Shown: one piece after another, positions 12,620 to 23,944 of the stretch
Layout: the number at the start of each line of letters is the position of its first letter
Position numbering within the stretch: position 1 is the stretch's first letter
Assembly: GCF_001194135.2 (NCBI RefSeq)
Contig: NC_068989.1
Span: 79,657,612 to 79,721,611, forward strand
Origin: Octopus bimaculoides
Taxonomy: Eukaryota
DNA length: 64,000 nucleotides
Direction: 5' to 3'
Made by a program: the position numbers and the translations under genes
Notes under the pieces: model-generated
Database searches by the model: none
Seen by the model: only the letters and a program-made list of their open reading frames with translations
Told to the model about the DNA's origin: nothing

Positions 12620-12825
12620 AGTTCAGCTATTTTGAAGAGAGAAGGTAAGTCGATTACATTGCTCCCTGTACTTGGCTTTTTTTTTTTTTTTTTTTTTCGT
12701 TGTCGGCAGAAAGATGAGAAGCGTGGTTACCCTGGGCAGAATTTAACTCAGAACGTAAAGAACTTGAGAAGATGCCACTCAATGTTTTGTCCGACGCGCT
12801 AACAATTCTGGCGCCTTCACCTAGA
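12620..12825 (-). mobile_element. Degenerate SINE family A
   Basis: GGTAAGTCGATTACATTG and GGCAGAATTTAACTCAGAACGTAAAG motifs. Confidence 0.7.
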
Positions 12826-13772
12826 ATGATGCGACTTAATGCTGATACTTAAATACAACAAAACAATCGATTATGCACTAAGTTTTGCTCATTTACATTG
12901 AAAGTTCATTCAGGACTGGGTGGAATTCCATCCGTCCCCACTTTAGCTTTGATAAGATAGGTGTTCTGTTTATAACTCATTAAAACAGTGTGTCATAGGA
13001 CTCACGCACACTATGCGAGAGCAAATTGGCAATACATAGTGACTATTAGTCTAAAACTGAAGATTTGTTACACAAATGCAAGTAAGTGCCGATTGTAATA
13101 GGTGCTTTGTTACTGGTGCCTATGCGCGATTATTTTAGCTGGTAGTTTGAATATCAGTTATCGTACACAGCACGTAGTTAAAAGCAAAAGCCAAAACCAA
13201 TACGATGTTGAACCGAAAAAAGTAGCAAACTCTTGTGCAAACTGATTTCTGGGTACGAATTTATTTTCAGATCCACGACAGACATAAAACTAATGAATCG
13301 ATTATGTTGTATTTTTGTAGCTTAAAATCGTGATTTGTTCTTGTGATACACTCAGCAACCACCATGCTGCGTCACAGTGGCCATCAAAAGCTGGGTACAT
13401 CTTGATATGGTAAGAGTGAGGCAAATTTTTGCAAGGCATCTCTCCGTAGCAGACGCAACAAAATATCAGCCGTTGGGACTGGTACACCTCATTTCATGTT
13501 GATCCATTTCAGGCAAAACGATCCAAGGAAATAACGTGCCACCCCGTCCGTGTATCGAGTCCACGGCGCAACGATTGTGAGTTTAACAGCCTAATTACCA
13601 GGCAATGCACTATACGACGCCATCCATTGACGACTCTTTAGGCTGAAAGTTATGTATCTTAATGGCAGAGAAAAAATATCACCAGTGATTATGAAATGAA
13701 TCAGCAAAATTTCGGCTGACTGTTTGGTGCACTAAAAAATCTATCATTTTTGCCATAATCTGCCAATCTATT

Positions 13773-14205
13773 AAGGCGGCGTGCTGGCAGAAACGTTAGC
13801 GCGCCGGGCAAAATGCTTAGTGGTATTTCGTCTGCCGTTACATTCAGAGTTCAAATTCCACCGAGGTCGACTTTTCCTTTCATTCTTTCGGGGTCGATAA
13901 ATTAAGTACCGGTTACGCACTGGGTTCGATGTAATCGACTTAACCGCTTTGTCTGTCCTTTTTTGTCCCCTCTATGTTTAGCCCCTTGTGGGCTATAAAG
14001 AAACAAGAAGCTTTAACACGCTGGGCGAAATGCTTAGCGGTATTTCGTCTGTCTTTACGTTCTGAATTCAAATTCCACCGAGGTCGACATTGCCTTTCAT
14101 CCTTTCGAAGTCGATAAATTAAGTACCAAATGCTACAGGGATTGATCTAATCGACTGGCCCCCTCCCCCAAAAAAATTTCGAGCCTTGTGCCTAGAGTAC
14201 AAAAG
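13773..14205 (+). mobile_element. Two tandem SINE family A copies: 13773-14009 (tail A1) and 14010-14205 (tail A2)
   Basis: Near-identical head and core, different 3' tails. Confidence 0.92.
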
Positions 14206-14919
14206 AATCTCTCAGTCTATATTAAAATTAAGAAAAAGGAGTCAAATAAATAAGGCATAAGCAATTTTTCCGAGCGGTCTTAGACTATCATATTATATGC
14301 TGGCAAAAATTAATTCTTGATAAAATCCCTGCGCTGATTCTCATAATTTAAATTACTATATATTTTTAACGAACTAAACACTCTTAAGCTGCCATTGTTA
14401 TTTAGAGATTATGTTCTTAAAATATTCATGTAAAATGAAAGTTAAAAAAAGATTTCGAAAATTCATAAAATTTATAGTGAATAAAAAAGAAAAAAAAAAG
14501 GATCATATAATTTGAAACGTCCTATGAAGAGATAAAAATAATCAATACAATGACAATATAACCAGCTGCTATCGTGACAGCATTTGGTTTCCGTAAAAAT
14601 GATAATATTCATAGCAATAGCTAAAGTAGGTGAGTCCTAGAAATGAATTACATCAGTGTATTTAGCATATGAAGAAGGAATATCAAATGTACACAGATGC
14701 ACCCGCTTATGCTTATATATATGTATGTCTTTGCGTGTGTGGAATTTCTTATTTCTCTTACACATACCGATATTATTACTTAGTTTTAGAACACATAATA
14801 CATATACTGCAGGGTAAAACATCAAGTTAGTACTGTGCGTAATGAATGACTAATAAAGAAGTTAATTAATCACTTTCGTGAGCTGCATGTCTATCACGTA
14901 TGCACACAGGCGAGTGTGC

Positions 14920-15094
14920 GTGTTTATACGAATATGTTCCCACCTTACTATATTAAAATTAATTGTTATAGCTATTCTCATGTCTAGCTTGTGAGTGTGT
15001 GTGTGTATGTGTGGGTGTGAGTGTTTATAAGTATATGTCCCTGCACCACCTATATATTAAAATTAATTGTTATAAATGTTAACATGTCTAGCTT
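14920..15094. repeat. Local tandem duplication, about 70-bp unit with about 100-bp period
   Basis: GTGTTTATA..TATATTAAAATTAATTGTTATA..CATGTCTAGCTT occurs twice. Confidence 0.8.
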
Positions 15095-15749
15095 TGGTGA
15101 TAAGAAGTTCAGTTTACATTCATCTGGAACTTTGGAAAAGTGTCTTGTATCAAAACAAGGTTTTACCAATGATCAAGTAGAATTTATAAACAAACACACG
15201 CACACCACACATGCACACATAATTACTTGGGTGGGTAGGTATATATGTATGTATGTATATATATATATATATATATNNNNNNNNNNNNNNNNNNNNNNNN
15301 NNNNNNNNNNNNNNNNNNNNNNNNNNNNNNNNNNNNNNNNNNNNNNNNNNNNNNNNNNNNNNNNNNNNNNNNNNNNNNNNNNNNNNNNNNNNNNNNNNNN
15401 NNNNNNNNNNNNNNNNNNNNNNNNNNNNNNNNNNNNNNNNNNNNNNNNNNNNNNNNNNNNNNNNNNNNNNNNNNNNNNNNNNNNNNNNNNNNNNNNNNNN
15501 NNNNNNNNNNNNNNNNNNNNNNNNNNNNNNNNNNNNNNNNNNNNNNNNNNNNNNNNNNNNNNNNNNNNNNNNNNNNNNNNNNNNNNNNNNNNNNNNNNNN
15601 NNNNNNNNNNNNNNNNNNNNNNNNNNNNNNNNNNNNNNNNNNNNNNNNNNNNNNNNNNNNNNNNNNNNNNNNNNNNNNNNNNNNNNNNNNNNNNNNNNNN
15701 NNNNNNNNNNNNNNNNNNNNNNNNNNNNNNNNNNNNNNNNNNNNNNNNN

Positions 15750-15793
<44 letters not shown>

Positions 15794-16006
15794 AGAATCT
15801 CCCGTCGGTTTCGACGTATGAAGCTCTGACATCGTACTGTTACTTGTCAGTCAATGCTTTTGTCGAATGTGACATTTAAGACCCGCCAAGGATTTGCAAA
15901 GAAGGTTACAAATGTTGCAAGTTTGAGGATTACAGGTCAGTGTAGGTGGTATATTTGCAGCCGCTTTTCTCCTTTGCCTTGTACTTCGAAGCCAGTTAAT
16001 GCTGGT

Positions 16007-16879
16007 TACGAGGTGTGATCAAAAAGTATCCGACCTTTGGCCAAGTAATATTAAAAACTCCTCATTTTGATCTAGTCTCCTTGAAAGTATTCGCCTTGGG
16101 AGTCTACGGACTTCGGCCAGCATTACTACCACCGACGGAAACATTTCTGGAAATCAATTTTTGGGATGCTGTAGAGCTGTGATGTCGAATTTTGCTTAAT
16201 ATCCTCTGTTGACTCAACTTTTCTCCATTTGAATGTTTTTTTTTTTTTTGGTTTAGCTTTGGAAATAGCCAAAAGTGACAAGGAGCCAAGTCGAGAGAGT
16301 AGGAAGCCTGACGAACATATGGTGTGTTTTGCTTGACGAGGAATGCTTGGGTGATGTGGGCGCAATGAGCGGGTTCATGTCATGGTGGAGTTGCCAGTAT
16401 TTTCCTATTCACAGGTCGGATCGTTTTCGCCACACAACTTCACAAAGACTATCGTACCTTTGCAGTCATTTCGTCGTTTCTGCCAGTAGATGGTCTGCCA
16501 CAACGTGGCTCACTGTCCACTGAGGTGTGGCCATTTTTGAACCGGTTTATCACTCCTTAATTTGTGTTTTTCTCATAGTATCAGCTCTAAAGGCCATCTT
16601 AATCTTCTCGGTAGTCTGGTCTTGCGTATCATCAAGTTTTTAGCAGTATGTTTGCTAAATGCGCTTGGTCATCTTGACTCAAAAAGAAAATTCGCACAGC
16701 ACGCTGTTCACGTTTGTACTCAACGCGTCACTGCAGATGAATATGTGCAACCTTCAGACACGAAAATTTTTTGCGCATGCTCAGGAAGGACACGGCCATC
16801 TAATATCCAAGCGGATTTTGCTCACGCATTATTTTGTGCAAAATCATCAAGGTTGGATACTTTTCGACAACACCTCGTA
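16007..16879 (-). mobile_element. Internally deleted mariner transposon (irritans/Hsmar2-like)
   Basis: TA-flanked 29-bp TIRs with 4 mismatches (CGAGGTGTGATCAAAAAGTATCCGACCTT vs CGAGGTGTTGTCGAAAAGTATCCAACCTT). Remnants: RFKNGHTSVDSEPRCGRPST, WQLHHD, YSLDLAPCHFWLFPKL, IPKIDFQKCF. The middle of the transposase is deleted. Confidence 0.92.
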
Positions 16880-16891
16880 TGTATGTGCATA

Positions 16892-16948
<57 letters not shown>

Positions 16949-17009
16949 TTGTTTTGCAAGATTTTTGATGTGAAATCGTGTGTTGAAACAGATGTTGTTG
17001 TACTTGGGG

Positions 17010-17088
17010 ATGGTCATATTGCCAGTTTAGCCAATAAAAACACACGCACTGCGTGTGTTTTTATTGGCTAAACTGGCAATATGACCAT
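17010..17088. repeat. Perfect 39-bp inverted repeat with 1-nt spacer, ending at a gap
   Basis: 17010-17048 is the exact reverse complement of 17050-17088. Confidence 0.97.
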
Positions 17089-17516
17089 NNNNNNNNNNNN
17101 NNNNNNNNNNNNNNNNNNNNNNNNNNNNNNNNNNNNNNNNNNNNNNNNNNNNNNNNNNNNNNNNNNNNNNNNNNNNNNNNNNNNNNNNNNNNNNNNNNNN
17201 NNNNNNNNNNNNNNNNNNNNNNNNNNNNNNNNNNNNNNNNNNNNNNNNNNNNNNNNNNNNNNNNNNNNNNNNNNNNNNNNNNNNNNNNNNNNNNNNNNNN
17301 NNNNNNNNNNNNNNNNNNNNNNNNNNNNNNNNNNNNNNNNNNNNNNNNNNNNNNNNNNNNNNNNNNNNNNNNNNNNNNNNNNNNNNNNNNNNNNNNNNNN
17401 NNNNNNNNNNNNNNNNNNNNNNNNNNNNNNNNNNNNNNNNNNNNNNNNNNNNNNTGTATGCATGTGTGTATAGATATATGCGCATAAATATAATGTACGC
17501 AAACATGGTGTGTGTA

Positions 17517-17522
17517 TAAATA

Positions 17523-17569
<47 letters not shown>

Positions 17570-17702
17570 CTTGTGTACGTACATTATATACATGAATACA
17601 TATCTACACACAGACACACACACATGTATGTATGTAAGTATGTATGTATGTATGTACGTATGTATGTATGTATGTATGTATGTATGTATGTATGTATGTA
17701 TA
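17517..17702. repeat. (TA)n and (TATG)n microsatellite cluster
   Basis: Seen directly; source of the long ORF 17027..17923. Confidence 0.95.
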
Positions 17703-18064
17703 TAGCTTATGTGAGTATGAGTGTTTCTGTCTGTCTGTGCTTTCATTTGCTGATTTTTATAAAATGCATCTAACATATCGATAAAATATATGCAGACATA
17801 AAAACGTAAAGACTCAATATGAACGACTAAAAATAATACGTGAAATGTATGTGCAAGTATGCCTATAATGATACGAAGGAAAATAAATGAAACTTTCTCT
17901 ATACTAAAAGAAATTCGATACAAAAGGTCAAATCAAGTGCCTTCTTTATTCCGTTTGATCGTCACAGGCTATAAGGATGCTGAAAGGAAAAGAAGTACTG
18001 TGGAGAGAGATGTATTTATATAATAGATAAAAAGAAATTATAATGGAGTGCTGGATAACGTATA

Positions 18065-18117
<53 letters not shown>

Positions 18118-18137
18118 TTATGTATGTAAGTATAGTT

Positions 18138-18180
<43 letters not shown>

Positions 18181-18506
18181 GTGTGTGTGTGTGTGTATAT
18201 GCATGTATCTATGCATTGTTTATATGAGTATATATATATATATAGATATACATACACACACACATATACATATAAAGTTGGTGGACAGAAAGGGGAGAGA
18301 GGAAAAACAGGCAGTCAAGTGCGCAGACAGTGAAATATAGGAAGGGATTAATAATGAGTGAAGGAAGAAGAAAGAAATTAATAAAATTAATAAAAGAACT
18401 GGAAATATGAAAAAGAGGTGTGATGATATATGTGTGTATGTGTGTATGTGTGTATGTGTCTGCGTATGATTATGCGAGTGAGTTTTAGCTCGCCTATATG
18501 CATATA

Positions 18507-18849
18507 CAATTTTTCTTTTTATAAGAAACAGTTTATAAGAACAGTTTGTTTCTATTTAACAGACACGGTATGGTTATCCTTGTTTTGAATACACGTTGCA
18601 ATACATTTACCCCAGTCATTGTGAACTCGTAATGGCACATCTGGTGATACGTGTGCAAATGAGTTGGTGATACGTTCCTTCAAATCCTTTATGTCTATGA
18701 TCTTTCGGTGATACACCGTGCCTTTCAAATACCCCTAAAGACAGAAATCAAGAGGGGTCAGATCAGGGGATCTAGGGGATCTTATAAACAGTTTCTTATA
18801 AGAAAAAAAAAATTTTTCTTATGTATGGAGACTTTTGAATCACCCTGTA
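18507..18849 (-). mobile_element. Deleted Tc1/mariner-superfamily element (maT/rosa-like C-terminus)
   Basis: Minus strand PRSPDLTPLDFCL*GYLKGTVYHRKIIDIKDLKERIT; terminus TA|CAGGGTGATTCAAAAGT at 18849-18831; subterminal inverted repeat ATAAGAAACAGTTTATAAG / CTTATAAACAGTTTCTTAT. Confidence 0.8.
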
Positions 18850-19129
18850 TATACCAGGAAAAAATTCACACGTGCACTTATATACGTACACATACAAACG
18901 TACACACGTGCTACTTACTTTTTTCCTGACAGTCACATGACTGTCTATCTTTTAGAGCATTACCAAGCTTGACTCTACTTTTCATTGTCATGTTTGATTT
19001 ATGAGAGAACGTGTGTATATGTGTACCTGTAGGTGGGAATATACATGTGTGCATATATGTAGAAATTTTTGCGATAGTAGAAGTTGGATTGTTGGTGGAA
19101 GCTTGTGTGTATGTTCCGAAGAGAATCTC

Positions 19130-19380
19130 TCGTCACTTAAGCCGACAAAAATGCAGCGAACCACTGACTGGCCTATTCGTAATCTTTCAGCAGCCACCCT
19201 ATTGTTCGCCCAATCCTTCCATCCATTTTCTCTGCCCACTGTTACTGGTAGGATCGTGGTGGGGCAGGGTTCGTAGGCGCTTTCGCCAAAGGGTCATAAC
19301 AGGATTTCCAAGCGTGACTGTCTGAGATTATGTTATCCAACCATCTCGTTCTTGGCTTACCCCTAATCTAACAAATACCT
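19130..19380 (-). mobile_element. Possible RTE-clade LINE C-terminal remnant
   Basis: IRGKPRTRWLDNII resembles the RTE RGRPR.RW.D.I motif; little other support. Confidence 0.3.
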
Positions 19381-21056
19381 ACAATTCTCTCTTTTTATAG
19401 GGATCGTGGGGCATTAGTAGATTCCCTATTTCAAAGGATTCTGGTAAGCATTCAGCGAAATCCAAATCACTCGAAATTGCAAACATTAATTAGAATTATT
19501 GTTCAACGATCCGTCGTAGGTAACTTTTTCATCGTCAGCAGCAATTGTATAATTGACTAATTCTACTAGCGGAACATAAGCAAGTAAGTAATTCCTACTT
19601 TAGGATTGATAAGGTGGTTGGTTAATATGCTAATTCAATTCAGGTTATTACAGAAGCTGGAAACCAAAAGAGGATTATGTCGAGATTTCGAGCTGTTGAA
19701 AATTAATTACAAATTAATTTATTTTTCGTTTCAATGATGAGTCGCGTTTCCTATTTCTATCTATGAGTCAATCGACTGATTAGGAGTTATTTATGAAATG
19801 TACATGTTGCCCATTCAACCATGACCATCTCGCCTTTTCTCACATTTAATAGAAACCCAACTCTACCAATCCAATTTAACAAAGTTCCGACCGTAATCAC
19901 CAATTCTTTTTTAAAAACCTTCAACTGTTATTATTTTGCGTGCCAAACGGGCCAAATTCATTTTCTCTTAAGCAGTGGATAGTGTAGTTCTGCAGTATAT
20001 TATGCCCTAAAAATGTAAGATAGGATAGTCGTGGGTGGAACGGCTTTTATCATCGGTTTACTGGATCAGTCCATATGTGATCGTGAAAAAAGATCCGATG
20101 AAAATATGTCATTCTAAATTAAATAAATATTGAAATAGTATCGAAACATTGTCTAAGATATTTCTGTCATGATTAACGCCTCCTTTAGTTATAACATAAA
20201 CAGTAAAATTATAAGTTTTAAGTCTCTAACTATCAACTTCAGAGAATAAAATAAGTTTTATATAAATACATCTGCACAATATTTCAAAGTTTTTGACCCC
20301 CCGATCATGATCAGGTGTATTTCTTTCGATGCATACACAGTGCCATAAGGTTTCGAAATAACAAAGCAATGTATGTAAAGTAACTGTAGTAAAAATAGTT
20401 GTGGTGTAGCGTATACATATACAAGAATAAGACACCTAACGATATTGGATAGCAAACCAAACAGAATTTCGGACAGCAGATGGAAGTATTTTGAAATAGT
20501 GTTTTTTCACTAAAGATACGATTAATAGTCTCTGAAGATAGCATGGTGTCAATAACTCGTTTCCAAAGTAAGAATAGAGCCGTATATTTGATATAAATTG
20601 TGGTTAAATCAACCCTTGTACTTTAGTGGCATCTCAATATATCGGCCGCGGAGGGGTGAAATATTTTGACCTGTACTTAGAACTCAAGAGTGATGCAACG
20701 AAATACCACATGATATCGTTTACGATGCTCCAGCGATCACAACAGTATGTCAGAGCACTAATAACTGATTTCAGACATGTAGACATCTAACAGTATATAT
20801 AGCGAGGTTTATATTACAACGTGTCCTTCTGTTTTTAGGATGGCAGAGTAAAGTTTGAGGGAGATCGTTTTTGATGTTAATTATAGCAGAATATATGACC
20901 CCATAGAAACCCTGTAGTAGGCTTATTTTGTGACTGACATGTAATGAAGTACGAACAAAGATAAATTACTTTATATATGTAGACTCTTTTCGCTTAGAAT
21001 GGAATTATTTTGGACATCTGATAAACTATAATACACCTAAATCATTTAACCTTTAC

Positions 21057-21193
21057 AGATGAACCATGCGTTGTTGTCGGCAGATGTATTTGTCTTGTCG
21101 TTATTGATAAATACGTAGTTATACACGGAAATAAAGTCATAGAATAATTTCAGTTCTTTATAAATATCCCTTAAGGAAGATGGAACTGACAAT
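21057..21193 (-). CDS. Candidate 137-nt internal exon (phase 2-1), LSVPSSLRDIYKELKLFYDFISVYNYVFINNDKTNTSADNNAWFI; unverified
   Basis: Acceptor TTTACTATTCTTTTGACAG, donor TCT|GTAAAG; only one frame open; composition is protein-like but no family recognised. Confidence 0.3.
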
Positions 21194-23486
21194 CTGTCAA
21201 AAGAATAGTAAAAAAATAAGTAAAACATCTTAAGCAGACAGTCGTACATTAAGTTTTCTTTCAAATATCGCCATCATTTCTCTTAGTGTTCTTATATTTT
21301 AAATAAACACTGAAGAAACATTTTTTTTTAGAAGTAATTGTTTTTTTTTTTCTTTTTTTCTTTCATTTTAAGCATCCAAAATATTCGGAGAGAAATTCGC
21401 CATTCATTTAATCTGTTTGTTTATGAGCAATTCGTGAGGCTTCTTAACGTAAAATGTTTCGGTAAACACTATTATCCTTCCATTAATGGAGTGATAAATA
21501 AACATACTATTGATAAAGCTCTAGATTTGCTGAAGTGTAAGAAAACTGGAGTAGTTATTGTTGTCGAAATATAAGTCAATCCTAGTTGAAGCAGATCTAG
21601 AATCATAAATGCTCCAGCTGTGACTATCCCACAGTTTTTCGTAATTAAGTGTGATGTTTCTCGGTTGCTTTTTAAAGATAGATATTAGAATTTTATTTGT
21701 TGGATATGGTGTCCACCAACTGATCGCGAAGTAATGCTGATTCGACTCGAAGCAAAACAGTACCACTATTGTGAAAAGAAATAACGAATCAGGCTTCAAC
21801 AATTTTTAAAGAACGCTGGGATTGAATCTTTAAGTAAAGGTGTCAAAATCATGGAAGAAATTGTTAGTACGACATTGAAATATATCAGTCAAATTAGGTG
21901 ATAGAGAAGGAATTAGGTTCCACGTTCTTTTTCTAAGTGATGGCTGTCAAGTGAGCGGACATGACAGAGAAGCGATGAGATTTCACATGTACAAAGTCAG
22001 CTGGAGAATACAGTGCGTGAGTTTTGTATGTACTCATGTGTTTGAGTTTATGCCTGCGTATGTTCAGGGGAGTGGGATCTGTACGTAGGGGTGTATTATC
22101 TTTTTGTAAGATATGTGTGCGTCTTTTCCTTTCATTAATATACACGTTGATCATCGATGCCAAAAGCTTGAACTTTTGGCACCGACGATAGAAATATAAA
22201 AACTTTCATATAGATTATCCGTGTCTGCGAGGAAATTGAAATACATCCGTCAAAGTGTAGACTATTACAAAGAAACAGAATTACTTTAGTAATAAACTTT
22301 CACAGTTATAGACATGAAACTAATTTAATTTTATTATTTAGTAGTTGAGACTTATATTACTGATTCATTATGTAATTCATCGTTACATTCAACACTAATC
22401 ACACTGTAGTCATTTCTTTGGCACAATTATCAGACAAAAGTTTATAAAAATCGTTCCTTTTCAGGAAGTATGACTATTGTGCAAAGCTTTATGATTGCTG
22501 AGAAGGCCTTCCATATCGGATCGAGAGAATGGAGAAAACATTCAAGAGAAAAATATCTTAAGCTGTACATAGAAAACCAAACCTCAAGAACAAAGCGATT
22601 GGATATCGTTTCGGTTATGATTGCAGAAAATACAATTTGTTCACTTTGATCCTTCGAGGGTGCGTGAAGAAATTACGGATAAAAATTGAAAGTGAAAGAT
22701 TAATTTGGTTGGGAAGTCAAATGGTGCTGCGAAAGTGTGATACACTAACTCCAGAAGGTTAACGACGAACTAGGGGCACAAATTTGAAAAGAAATGTAAA
22801 AAGACACATCATTTATGCAACCATGAAAATACCTCCATTTAAGTTGAAGGGAAATAAGTATAGGGGCAGGTAGGTACAGCGGGCCTGTTTATTTTTAAAG
22901 GTAACCCGGTGGGATTTATGAGAGATTTTACCCGATCACCACATAAAGACTTCTTCTTAGTAACTATTTTTAGCTTGGCGAATTGGGTATTTCATCGTTA
23001 CATGTCTTGCACATGAGTATCGTACAACCGTAGTTACTGCATAATTACCAATGTTTTGTTACTTATTATTATTATTATTATTTCTCTTTTTGCAGGATGT
23101 AAATCGACAGCCAATCTCCACGGACCGCTATGACTTCCTTGATTTCCCTGTGGGTTGATGGAATTTTCAATATGCTTCCATTTCCTATTTTTAATGTACA
23201 TGTTCGTTCTTATTTGATATAACTCTACATTAATTTCACATAAACAAGAACATAAGTCAATACATCTTTAATTGATTGCTAGCTACAATGCATTAAAAAA
23301 ACGGTTAATACTCGTGTGCAATAGCTTATACGTAAAAGATGTTGAGTTGCTTTTTCGATGGAAAATATTAGACGTATGCCGTTACTAAAACCGTAATTAT
23401 ACAAGATTTCCATGAGCTGTAGTTTCCTTTCATATTAATTAGATGTTCACATATTTTCTCTTGTTCTGAGTTCACTTTGTCTCATA

Positions 23487-23522
<36 letters not shown>

Positions 23523-23944
23523 GTGGTTCTTTATTTCTTTATTTCTATTATTCATAGAAATGTATTTGACTTGAAGACTGTATAATTATCTTATACTTCC
23601 CTGTTGAGATTTTACAACATTTTATTACCTATTTAATTTACATGCTTTTGTGACAGTTACTATTTAGAAATCATCGTTATTACACTTTATATTCTCCTAC
23701 ATAATCTTTTTAGGTATTTTTTTCTTCTTTCCATCTTTTTCTGTTTCCTCCTCTTTTTACTTAATATTTTTGATCACCGCCCTTTTTCATTCCATCAGTG
23801 AAATATAATATAACGCTTTCTTATAAAGGACATCCCCCAACAAATGTAGATATTTTGTATGAAAATCATCCGTGAATTTGATTGTTTTAAACATTTTCTT
23901 GAAACAAATTTTTAGAAAAGAGTTTTGTTTTATATAACAGTTCC

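Noticed and set aside
12600-12655. Apparent exon with donor AAG|GTAAGT
   Set aside because: The donor is part of a reverse-oriented SINE A motif (GGTAAGTCGATTACAT).
14590-14635. MIIFIAIAKV followed by a GTGAGT donor (possible first coding exon)
   Set aside because: Too short, no compatible downstream exon found; chance level.
21440-21900. Plus-strand TIDKALDLLKCKKTG resembling the LINE pre-RT motif EI..AL..LK..KA.G.D
   Set aside because: Only a vague match; too degraded to call.
22460-22800. 59-codon plus ORF MTIVQSF...TICSL after a good acceptor
   Set aside because: No donor or homology; more likely a very old RTE-like remnant (LILRG.V.K), itself unproven.
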